A DNA stretch of 64,000 bases from positions 120,471-184,470 of the forward strand of contig CAWERI010000008.1 in NCBI GenBank assembly GCA_963811515.1. The letters are read 5' to 3'. Every line of letters starts with the position of its first letter. Positions within the stretch are counted from its first letter, which is position 1. Shown in pieces: positions 49,444 through 59,592 of this stretch. The translations under genes were made by a program, and so were the position numbers. The notes beneath the pieces are model-generated. The model was given only the letters and a program-made list of their open reading frames with translations, had not been told where the DNA came from and did no database searches. The DNA comes from an uncultured Actinomycetota bacterium (GTDB lineage Bacteria > Actinomycetota > Actinomycetes > Propionibacteriales > Nocardioidaceae).

Positions 49444-49456
49444 CCCGTCACGCCGC

Positions 49457-50780
49457 TCACCGTCGCCTGCGGTAGCGGACCTCGCCGGTGGGGAGCCGCC
49501 GCAGGTCGAAGGACTCGTCGTGGGCCCGGGGGTGGTGGAAGCCGCAGAGCGGCAGGGCGTTGTCGAGGTCGGTGGGGCCGCCCTCGCCCCACGGCATGGG
49601 GATGGTGGACGTCGCACCAGGCGAACGGGCGCTCGCAGCCCTCGGCGGCGCAGGTGTCGTGGTTGACCGAGAGCGCGCGGCGCTGCGCCGTGTGTGCAGC
49701 CGGCGGTCGTGGCCGAGGTCGAGGACCTGCGAGGCGCCGCCGAGGACGGTCGGGATGATGCCGGCGTTGCAGGCCAGGCGGCGCGCGGTGCCGGCGGACA
49801 GGTGGACGCCGGTGTCGAGGCGGGCGGAGGCGAGGCCGTCGAGCAGGTGCTGGTGGTCGACGTGGACCAGCAGGGTCAGCGCGCTGCGGGTGAAGCCGCC
49901 GGCGGCCTCGGTGGGCAGGTGCTCGATCAGCTCGGTGAGCCCGAGCCCCATGCGCTCGGTCCAGGACAGCCCGCTGTCCTCGACCCCCTGGACGGAGTGG
50001 TCGTGGACGGTGTCGCCGGCCCGGTTGCGGGTGAGCTGCCGCGGGGACGTGAGGTGCTCCAGCGGGCTGCGCGCAGGATCTGGCCGTGCAGCTCGGGGAT
50101 GGTGAACCGCCCGGACCAGGTGCCGTTGCCGTTGTCACCGAGGGTCAGCCAGGTCTCGACCTCGGCGCGGGCCTCCTCCTCGGCGAGCAGGGTCGCCTCG
50201 TGCTGGTCGGCCATCCGCCTGAGCCGGTCGGCCTCCTCCCGCGCCACCTCCACCGCCACGGCGTCGAGCATCCGGCGCGCGGCCTGGCGGAGCCGTCGGG
50301 CGTCCATGCCGTTGACCGCCTTGACCACGAGACCCGCCTCCGCGGCCGTGCGGGTGCTCGTCGTCGACGCCGGCCGGCAGGCGCTCGGCGGCCCGGACGA
50401 CCACCCGGGCCTGGGCCTCGTTGATCGCCGCCGTCCGCCAGGGCGTCGCGGGTGGCGACGTACTTCTCGCTGAGCAACCGGGCCAGCCAGAGCCCTCCGG
50501 CCACGGCCGCCCGCGTGGTGCCGGTCAGGGACGCGGCCCAGGCGTCCGTCCCGGTCGCACCCAGCCGCTGGGCCACCCGGCGGCGGTCGGCCTCGGCGAG
50601 CAGGGACAACCGCACCGCGACCAGCTGGGACTCCAGCACCGCGACGCCGGCGAGCGCGTCGGTCAGCTCGTCCACGTCCAGCGCGGACGCGGGCACGCCG
50701 GCCGCAGCCCGCACCGCCGAGCGGGCGGTCGACACGGCGTCGACGACCCGTCCACGAGGGTGCAGCTGCTGGATCGACAT
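49457..50780 (-). CDS. DUF222 / HNH endonuclease domain protein (REP13E12-like), heavily frameshifted
   Basis: N-terminal DUF222 segments (LDVDELTDALAGVAVLESQLVAVRLSLLAEADRR). C-terminal HNH region DTCAAEGCERP ... PWGEGGPTDLDNALPLCGFHH. At least four frame breaks. Confidence 0.6.
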
Positions 50781-50789
50781 ACCCCGAGC

Positions 50790-51500
50790 CAACCAGTGAC
50801 CACCGACAGGAACGGGGCTTCCATCTCGAATCGCGGGACACTATTCGAAACTTTCTTCCGGCATCGCATCTCGTTGAACGAACCACTGCGCAGCTGGATC
50901 GGCATTCCTAATGCCGACGCCATGACGCCCCGCGTCCCTGACCGTTTGACGACGAGACGAGCGACACCCCTGACGTCTGAGTACCTGCGTGCGGCCCGGG
51001 CCGCGGGAGCCGAAGGCTCATGCCGTGGCCGTAGAACCTCGGCACTGCGAATGAGTGGATGGCCGGTCATCCGGCGCTGGCGTCGACCGGTTCCAACTCG
51101 CTGACCGCTGATGATCATCCAGAACCGCTCTCATCTCCTCCAGCGTCACGGCGCTCGTCTCCGCTTCTCCTCCAGTCGCATCGTGCGCACGTGAATGCCC
51201 TGGTTATAAGGCATGACGCCTTTGATGGTGGGAGGCTTTGCTTCGACGAACTGGACACGTCCGCACCGTTGGCAAGTGCGTTGAGGCCCTGTCACATGTC
51301 CCTCGACGGGACTCCAACGATGCCGCAGCAAGATGCAGGCAGCAGTCGACCGGAGGCTCACCCGTCCCACATTCCTCTGGGAGCGGCGGGTGCGCAACGG
51401 TCCACGTGAGCGTCGTCAGGTTGACCCCCGAGCTCACGCTGGCTTCCCGCGTGTCAACCGTTGCTTGCGCCCGTTGACACGACACCACGCCGCACACCGG
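50790..51500. other. AT-rich (about 50-55% GC) apparently non-coding segment inside a 70+% GC genome
   Basis: Composition shift visible by eye. Only short, unconvincing ORFs are present, including a TTG-initiated 83-codon ORF. It lies between the HNH/DUF222 gene and the DUF998 gene. Confidence 0.5.
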
Positions 51501-51780
51501 GATCGCAGGCGCGATGGGGAGCGCAGCCGCCCCCTACCGCGGCAGCCCCGGTTCGCCAGAGTGCGCGCTCCCGGGCGGCTGCATGTCCGACGCCACGCGT
51601 GGGGCGGCTGGCACACCGGTGAGCAGGGTCGTTGGACACGTTGAAGTCCTTTCGTTCGTTCGCGGTCGGCGTCCGGACCGGGACCAAGGGCCCACGAGAA
51701 GAGGCCGACCTGCGCTGGAACCGCATCCCGTCGGCGATCACGCTGGGCTTGGCAGGTGCTTCACCCCAGGAGGTTGGGCG

Positions 51781-52530
51781 ATGTCGACCACCAGCGGCAA
51801 GCCGGTAGACCGGACGAGGCGCGCGATCCGGAGGAAGGCTCCGCCGCACGGCGCGCGAGGAGTCCTCCTCGTCTGTGGCCCCGCCGCCGCCGTGCTGTAC
51901 GGCGCCATGATCTGGGGGATCCGGTACCAGGGGTACAGCCCGTTCTCGCACACCGTGAGCGAGCTGTCTGCGTGGGGCGTTGCCACCCGGCCCGCTTGGC
52001 TGGTGCTCGGCTTCCTGTACGACGCGCTGATCATCGGCTTCGGGCTGGGCGTGCTGGCCGCGGCCGGCCGACAGCGCTCCTTGCGGATTGCGGGTGGCCT
52101 GTTGATCGCCCACGGCCTGGTCTGCCTCGCCTGGCCGTTCGCCTCGATGCACCGACGTGAGGTGCTGGCTGCAGGAGGAGCCACGGCTGCCGACGACTGG
52201 CACCTCGTCATCGCGATGGTGACCGTCGCGTTGATGTTGGCCGCCATGGCATGCGGCGCGGTCGCCTTCGGGGTGTGGTTCCGGCTCTACTCGATCGCGA
52301 CCATCGTCGTACTCCTGACCTTCGGCGCGTTGACGAGCGCGGACGGCCTCGAGTCCGAGAAGGACCTGCCCACGCCCTGGGTCGGACTCTGGGAGCGCCT
52401 CAACATCACGGTGTTCCTGCTGTGGATCGTCGTGTTCGCGATCCGGCTCTTCCTGCCCGAGCGAGCACCGGCCGCCGCCGCGGAGGGCGACGGCCTCAGC
52501 GTGTCGGCCGGACCGGTGCCACGGACAGGT
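51781..52530 (+). CDS. DUF998-family integral membrane protein (3' end uncertain)
   Basis: MSTTSGKPVD start followed by six hydrophobic segments (LLVCGPAAAVLYGAMIWGI, WLVLGFLYDALIIGFGLGVL). The frame runs on into the antisense of the next gene, so the stop is probably hidden by a frameshift. Confidence 0.5.
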
Positions 52531-52542
52531 AACCGGACGTGT

Positions 52543-55500
52543 TCATCCGGGCGCCGACTGGCACGTCTTCCGGTACGGCTCGTCGTCGAAGGCGCTTGCC
52601 CACTCGTCGCGGGTCAGGTTCCGGCCGGCAAGCCGACACGCGAACTCCACCGCATGGCGTACACGCGTGTCCCAGCGGTAGACCGCTCGGTCGTACGTCG
52701 CGATCAGCACGTCTTTGCCATCGGGGAGGAACTCCGCGGAGGCGGGAATCCGGGACGGCGCCACGACGCGTCCGAGCAGCGCACCGGTCCGGCCGTCCCA
52801 GAGAACCACTGTGCCGTCCCAGGCGGCGGAGACGAGGCGTGACCCGTCCTTGGAGAAGACCACCAGGTTCGTCACGTCGTCGTGCGCCGTCACGGGCGGT
52901 CGGGCCGCTGTGCCGGAGGCGAGGTCGAGAAGCAGGACCTCGCCGTTGCCCCCGGCGACCGCGGCGTGCGCTCCGTCCGGGGAGGTCGACACCCAGTTCC
53001 CGCCGATGCCCAGACGCCCGCGGTCCAGCACCCGGCCGGAGACGAGGTCCATGGTCGCCCACCGGTCGCTGAACTCGGAGAACTCGTCGGACTGGCTGGA
53101 TGATCCTCCGATGAGGGCGATCACTGTGCGGTTGTCCGGGCCCGCCGAGACGCAGCAGATGTAGGTGCCGAGGTCCACCGGCTTGCCGACCGGTCGCAGG
53201 CTGTCCGCGTCCAGCAGGGTTACGCGGCCGGAGACCTCGCCGACCACGAGTCGTGAGCCGTCGGTGCTGTAGTCGATCTCGGACACGGGACCGGCGAACG
53301 GTTGGCTGGTCCGGACCAGGCGTCCGCTGTGCGGGTCCCAGACGCGGACCTGGCTACCGGTCGCGGTCGCGAAGCGGTCGGCGTGGGGGGTCCAGGAGCC
53401 ACCGGCGTGGGCGTAGCCCGGTCCGAGGTCGACCGGGTTGGTGGACGTCTTTGCGGCCACGTCCAGGAACCTGAGTCCCGCCGAGGTCTGGTAGGCGATG
53501 GAGCCGCCGCCCGGAGCCGGGTTGACGAAGCCGAAGTCGAAGCTGCTCGCGTCGATCACCGTCGCCAGGAACCGCTGGCGTCCGGTCAGGTCCCAGCTGC
53601 GCAGTGCCTGGTCGAGGCCACCGGTGTAAAGCCGTTGCGCCGTCGGGGGAGAAGGCGACCTGGGAGGCGGGCTCGTCGAGTCGGAGGCGTTGGGAGGGCG
53701 TCCCGCTCGCCAGGTCCCACAGCACCGCGCTGCGGTCGTCGGACGTCGAGGCCAGGGCGGAGCCGTCGGGGGAGAACCTCAGCGCGTACACCTGTTCGGT
53801 GTGTCCGTTCAGGCGCTGGAGCGTCGCTCCGGTCCGGGCGTCGACGACCAGGATCTCGGTGCCCGCCGCATGGTTGTCCTGTGCCACGTCGGCGATGGCC
53901 AGACGTCGCCCGTCGGGACTCAGCTCCAGCAGGTACGACACGTGCGTCGGCTGGGTGAAGATCCGCTCGCCGGTCGCGACGTCGTACGCGGCCAGCGGCA
54001 TGCTCGTATAGAGGCGGCTACCGTCTGCGCTCAACGCGACGCTTCCGTACTGCGGCGGTGCGGTGATGTCGATGCGGCGGACCGGGTGGCGGGGTGACTG
54101 GAGGTCCCAGACGGACACCGAGGCTGCGGCGAACTGGGCGTACTCAGGGGTTCCACGCAGATGCCGGAAGCTCGCGGCGACGTACCGGCCATCGGCGCTG
54201 AAGGCGACGTCGATGGTCCGGGTCGGCCGGGTCGGCTGCCCGCCGAGCCGGAGGTTGGAATCCGTCAGGGTTCCGGCATCGAGCAGACGGATGGAATCCT
54301 TCTGAAAGGACGGTAGGCCGACCGCGACGACCTTGCCGGACGGGCTGAACGCCACCGCGGTCGAGCCGCTGAGGAAGAGGCACGGGCCCGTCGCCTGGGT
54401 CGTACCGTGCACGGACGGCGCCGGTCCGGGAGTCCACGATCAGAAGCCGGCCCAGCAGGTCATAGACGGCGACGTCGCCCGACGGGCTGACGTCCAGACC
54501 CGTGATTTGTGCCGCCGCGACCTGGTTCGAGCCGATCAGCTGCGGTCGCTCAGCCAGTACCGAGAAGAGATTCGCGTGTGTCTCGGCCGAGTCGTCGATC
54601 CGGACACCTTCGACGGCAAGCAGCAACGACTCGGCGACGTTCTCGCTCGCCAACGCCCGCGCACCCACCCGTCGCGCGTCCGCGGTGTTCGCCGACTCCT
54701 TCGCTCGATCCGTCTGGCGCACGGCCGCCAGACCCGCGACGACCGTGGACAGCAGCAGCACCGCCGCGCCCACCAGAAGGAGTCGGAGCCGTCGGTTCAC
54801 CCGCGCCTGCTCGCGTGCCCTGTCCTCGGCGGCCCGGAGGTCGGCCTGGGACGCGCGCCCGGCCGTGTCCAGGAAGGACTGCTCGGTCTCGCTCAGGTCC
54901 GGGGTCGTGCGCATCCGCCAGTCCAGGGCTTGGGCGAGGCGGACGCCGCGGTACAGCTCGCTGGCCGGCCGCCCCAAGGACTCCCAGGAGTCGGCGGCCA
55001 TGGCGAGGTGATGCAGGATCCGCTGGCCCTCGACGTCCTCCTCCAGCCACGTGCGCAGGCGTGGCCACGCCCGGGCGAGAGCCTCGTGGGCGACCTCCAC
55101 GATCCCGTCGTCGCTCGTGACCAACCGGGAGCCGACCAGCAGGTCGACCAGCTCGTCGTGGGCGGGGTCCGTGACCACCACGCGTCGCGGCAGACGGCTG
55201 CGGACCGGCTCGCCTTCCGGTCCCGAAGTGACCAGACGCAGCATCAAGCTGCGCAGCATCGTCCTTCGGTTGCCCTCGACGCGGGAGTAGACCTCCTCGG
55301 CTGACCGCGACACCGCCTCCTGAATCCCCCCGGAGGCCTGGTAGCCGGCGACCGTCAAGGTCCTTGCCTCGCGACGTTCCCAGGTCTCCCGCAGTGCATG
55401 GGACATCAACGGCAGCGCTCCGGGGCTGTCGGACACCTCCTGCACGAGAATCTGGACCAACGCCGGCTCGACCGAGAGGCCGGCGAGTCGAGCGGGTTCT

Positions 55501-56800
55501 ACGATCGCTGCTCGAAGCTCGTCCTCGCGCATTCCCGCCATCAGGTGCAGTCCCCGCTCGACGATGCCGGCGAAGTCTCGGTGCGCGGCGAGGTCGGCGA
55601 GGTGGTCCGCGCGAAGGACGACGACGAGTGAGCCGGTGGCCGCGTGCCGCACCAGCGCGTCGAGGAACCGGGTTCGTTCCGCGGGGTCTTGGCACAGCGA
55701 GAAGACCTCCTCGCACTGGTCGAGAACGAGGGTTGAGGTGGCTTTCCGGTGTGGGAGTGCGGCCAGTGCCTCGGACGGGTGGGGGCCCGGGGTCATCACG
55801 AGTACGTCGCGTCCGTCGCGGCGCAGGGAGGCGACCACGCCGGCACGGACCATCGAGGACTTTCCGGTTCCGGACGGTCCCACCACGGCGAGAACCCGGG
55901 TGGCGCCGAGACGCCGGAGACAGGCGGTGACGTCGGTGTCGCGGCCGAAGAAGCTGTCCGCGTCGTCGGTGTCATAGGGCAGCAAGCCGCGGTACGGACA
56001 CACCGCGCTCGGCTCCGGGAGCGCCATGTGCTCGACCAGGGACGGGTCCTGCTGCAGCACCGCCCGCTCGAGATCCTCGAGCTCGGAACCGGGGTCGAGG
56101 CCGAGCTCGTGAGTCAGCACCAGCGGACCCGGCGCAGGGTGCGGAGCGCATCGCTCTGCCGCCCGCCCTGATACTGCGCCAGCGCCAGCAGCGCCCACCG
56201 GCGCTCCCGCAGCGGCTGCTCCTCGACCATGGCCTCGGCCCGGGCGAGGACTCGGTCCCAATGGCCGGCGCGCAGGGTCGCCTCGACGTACAGCTCCTCC
56301 GCCTCCAGCCGCAGCTCGCCGAGGCGCCCCGCCTCGATCCGGCCGGCATCCCAGCCGTCCAGATCACTCAACGCCTCACCACGCCACAACGACAACGCGT
56401 CAGCCAGCACGAAGGCGGCCCGGTCTGCCTCCTGCGACGTGTCCAGGAGCGTCCGAGCACGCTCGATGGCGCGCTCGAAACGCTGCGCGTCGATCTGCTC
56501 GAGCGGGATCGCTAGGCGGTATCCGGACGCGCTGGTCTCGATCGACTCGGACCGAGAACCTTGCGCAGCCGCACCACGCAGCCCTGGACGACCTTGGCCC
56601 AGGAGGGCGGCCGGTGGTCCGCCCACAGCACGTCCGCCAGCCGTTCCGCACTGAGCACATGGCCAGGACGGACGGTCAGAGCTGTGAGGACCACTCGGTC
56701 ACGACGCCCGAGAACTTCGGAGACACCGTCGATGCTGAGTGGGCCGAGGACCGCGATACCCACGAGTCGAACTGTCGACTCCTGGACAGGACGCGTCAAG
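52543..56800 (-). CDS. SARP-family (AfsR-like) regulator: OmpR-type wHTH - BTAD - NB-ARC ATPase - TM - WD40 beta-propeller, heavily frameshifted
   Basis: N-terminal VRLVGIAVLGPLSIDGV ... SAERLADVLW (winged helix). BTAD region YRLAIPLEQIDAQRFERAIE ... LVLTHELGLDPGSELEDLERAVLQQDP. NB-ARC with P-loop VVGPSGTGKSSM and LVLDQCEEV. TM helix LRLLLVGAAVLLLSTVVAGLAAV. The C-terminal roughly 600 aa consist of WD40 repeats (FSPDGSALASTSDDRSAVLWDL and others). Confidence 0.65.
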
Positions 56801-56898
56801 GAACGCGTTACCGCCGTGATACCGACCGGCGGCTCGTCGATACCGCCCAGTGTGACAACGGTGCTCCGAACAGATGTGGACCGGAAGGGACCATCGAC

Positions 56899-57153
56899 AT
56901 GAACACCACCACCATCAACGCCCGCAAGCCCGTCGCGATCGCGCTCACCCTCGCGGCCCTCGCGGCCCTCGTCACCGGCACCGCAGACAAGGCACAGGCC
57001 AGGCCCGCCTGCGGACCCGGCGAATGCGTCACTGTCGGGGCCACCGGGCACCACAGCCCCTACGACGAACCCCTGTCAGCCCTGGGAGGAAGGACCCTGG
57101 CGCAGTACCTGGCCGACCACCAGTCCCGACGTCTCGGGCATCTCCGGGTGTAG
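56899..57153 (+). CDS. Small secreted Cys-containing protein (84 aa)
   Basis: GGAAGGGA RBS. Sec signal MNTTTINARKPVAIALTLAALAALVTGTADKAQA. Mature roughly 50-aa peptide with CGPGEC. Confidence 0.5.
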   Translation: MNTTTINARKPVAIALTLAALAALVTGTADKAQARPACGPGECVTVGATGHHSPYDEPLSALGGRTLAQYLADHQSRRLGHLRV

Positions 57154-57280
57154 GGCGACGACGTCGTGGCCGGGTCGCGCAGGGGAGGACCAGTAGGCCA
57201 CGCGACAAGAGGCGCCCGGGCATCACGCGTGCCGGGCGCGGTTCCGGGACCGGAAGCAGCCGCGGTGCTTCACTTGATCC

Positions 57281-58648
57281 GTGACGCGCTCTGTCGAAGC
57301 CGAATACCTCGTCGTGGGGGCTGGCGCCATGGGGATGGCGTTCACGGACGCGCTGATCGACCATGCCGACGTGCGGGTGGCCCTGGTCGACCGTCGCCAC
57401 AGTGTCGGCGGGCACTGGCTCGAGGCATATCCCTTCGTCCGCCTGCACCAGGCCTCTGCCTTCTACGGCGTCGCGTCGACGCTGCTGGGCGGCGGCCGCG
57501 TGCAGCAGCACGGACCTGAGGCAGGGCTCCAGGAGCGAGCCACCCAACCGGAGATCTGCGCCTACTACGGCCGCATGCTGGCCGACCGGATGCAGGAGTC
57601 GGGCAAGGTCGAGTTCTACGCCAACTGCGACTACGTCGGGGATCGCACGTTCGTCTCGCGCATCTCGGGCGAGCGGTTCGAGGTGCCGGAGCGGTGCCGG
57701 GTCGTCGACGCCCGCTACCTCGCACCCGACATCCCGGCGGACACGCCGCCGCCGTTCGCCGTCGACGGCGCCCGGGTGATCCCGGTCAACGAGCTCGCGC
57801 GACTGGCCGAGCCCCCGAGGCAGTACGTGATCGTGGGATCGGGCAAGACCGCAACCGACGCGTGCATCTGGCTTCTGGCGCGGGGCGTGGCCCCCGATGC
57901 GATCTGCTGGGTGAGGCCACGCGACCCCTGGATGCTCAACCGGGCCGTGGTCCAGCCGGATCCCGCAGTCTTCCTCGGCATGGTCGCCGACACGATGCAG
58001 GCGGCGGAGGCGGCCGCATCACAGGAGGACTTGTTCCTCCGGCTGGAGGACGCCGGCATCATGCTGCGCATCGACCGTTCGGTCACGCCGTCGATGGCCA
58101 AGACGCCGACCCTGGCCGGGTGGGAGCTCGAGCAGCTGCGGACCGTCGAGCACGTCGTGCGCTTGGGACACATCCAGCAGGTGGAGCCAGGGAGGATCGC
58201 CCTCACGAACGGGTCGGTCGCGATCGAGCGGGACGCGCTCGTTGTGCACTGCGCGGCGTCCGGCTTGAAGTACCCGCCGCTGGTACCCATCTGGCGGCCC
58301 GAGGCGATCACGCTGCAGCCGATCAGAGCCGGCTTCCCGTGCTTTGCGGCGGCACTCGCCGGATACGTCGAAGCGACTCGCGTGGAAGACGACGAGAAGA
58401 ACCGGCTGTGCCCGCCGTCGCCGTTACCCAACTCGATGGCCGAGTGGGCAAAGATGAACGTGCTGGGTGCCCGGGCCGCAATGTCGTTCGGATCCGAGCC
58501 CGACATCAAAGCCTGGGCCGACCAGGTCGCGCTCAACCCGGCGCGCATCCCGCCCGAGCACCCCGAGTCCGCAGCGCTGGACGACGCCCTCGACCGCCTG
58601 CAGATCTACCTGCGTCCTGGACTCGCCAGGCTTGCTGAGCTGAGCTGA
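57281..58648 (+). CDS. FAD/NAD(P)-binding oxidoreductase, class-B flavoprotein monooxygenase-like
   Basis: Intact 455 aa. N-terminal Rossmann VVGAGAMGMAF. FMO-like GGHWLEAYPFVRL. Second dinucleotide motif VIVGSGKTATDA. Confidence 0.7.
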   Translation: MTRSVEAEYLVVGAGAMGMAFTDALIDHADVRVALVDRRHSVGGHWLEAYPFVRLHQASAFYGVASTLLGGGRVQQHGPEAGLQERATQPEICAYYGRMLADRMQESGKVEFYANCDYVGDRTFVSRISGERFEVPERCRVVDARYLAPDIPADTPPPFAVDGARVIPVNELARLAEPPRQYVIVGSGKTATDACIWLLARGVAPDAICWVRPRDPWMLNRAVVQPDPAVFLGMVADTMQAAEAAASQEDLFLRLEDAGIMLRIDRSVTPSMAKTPTLAGWELEQLRTVEHVVRLGHIQQVEPGRIALTNGSVAIERDALVVHCAASGLKYPPLVPIWRPEAITLQPIRAGFPCFAAALAGYVEATRVEDDEKNRLCPPSPLPNSMAEWAKMNVLGARAAMSFGSEPDIKAWADQVALNPARIPPEHPESAALDDALDRLQIYLRPGLARLAELS

Positions 58649-58771
58649 GCTATCCGCGCCGGGGGCGCCGCGCCGCCTTCTGAGACTTAGTGCCCTAACG
58701 CGGTTGGGACGAAGCAATCGTGACGCGCGGATCGCGGCTGCGGAAGTCGATGCCTTGCGTGTCAGTGCGTC

Positions 58772-59080
58772 AGGAATGCCAGCGCTCCCGGTCCTCGTCG
58801 ACGAATCCCAAGAGCGGGTCCATTCCGATGACGCTGGTGTTGTCGGGATGGTGGAAGTCCGGAGCCAACGCACCCCGCACGACCGGGCGAATGCGACTCC
58901 TTGAAGCTTCATTGCCACCGAGATGCCTTGCCCCCGGTGGCTGCGAAGGAAGCCGACATCTCGCTGAACGCGTGTGTCCTCGTCACGGTGGAGTGACGTC
59001 GTGGCCATGCCAACCCACGGGGCCGCGTCGACGGCGAGGACGACGCCGTCCGGAAGGCTCGTCCGTATCCTCATCGCCAC
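58772..59080 (-). CDS. GNAT-family N-acetyltransferase (short or remnant), one frameshift
   Basis: Motif-A-like LRSHRGQGISVAMKLQG and a C-terminal HHPDNTSVIGMDPLLGFVDEDRERWHS in an adjacent frame. Confidence 0.4.
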
Positions 59081-59592
59081 CTCCGACCGTCGGGTCTCTC
59101 AGGGCCTGCAGACACGAGTCGCACGGCATCGGTCCTGTTCCGTCGTCACCAACGGTCTTGGAGCGGGCCGACACCGCAGACACCGCGGAGGGCGCACCTG
59201 CATCCGGATCGCCGCTGGCGAGCAGCTCATGCGATCCGGTCTCCACCGGTGCCGACGGGTCGGGCGTCCGCGCGCGTGAACGCGTCGTCGTTGCGTCTGC
59301 TCGGCAATTGGCGCTGGCACGTGCGAGGCCGTCGAAACCGTGATGGCCGCGCGACCCTGACGTCTCCTCGCGACGTCACCATCGTGATGTAGGCGATGGG
59401 GGCCGGCCACGGCTTGCCGGTGCCGAGGTTCCTGGCACCGCGAGCGTGGGGCGGCCACGGACCCTGCTGAGCAGGCTCGGGGTGGCGGCGCACAGCGATG
59501 GGTTGCCGTCCTTGTCGAGGTCCGTCGACGGTCGCTCCTAGGCGGCCAGGCCAGCCAGCTGAGGGCTTCGTCGCTGACAGATGCTGGCGGGG

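Noticed and set aside
50811-50880. tRNA-like T-loop motif (TCGAATCGCGGG) in the AT-rich segment
   Set aside because: The flanking sequence cannot be folded into acceptor, D and anticodon stems on either strand. It is therefore not a tRNA or a tRNA 3' fragment.
51146-51397. TTG-initiated 83-codon ORF in the AT-rich segment as a real gene
   Set aside because: It has a non-canonical start, no RBS, and an Arg-rich composition, and I recognised no family. It is kept only as a note within the AT-rich-segment finding.
52543-56800. NB-ARC plus WD40 protein as an Avs-type antiviral STAND defence protein
   Set aside because: The N-terminus is a SARP DNA-binding plus BTAD module rather than a nuclease or other effector. 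That is the AfsR-like regulator architecture. I retain the defence interpretation only as a low-probability alternative.
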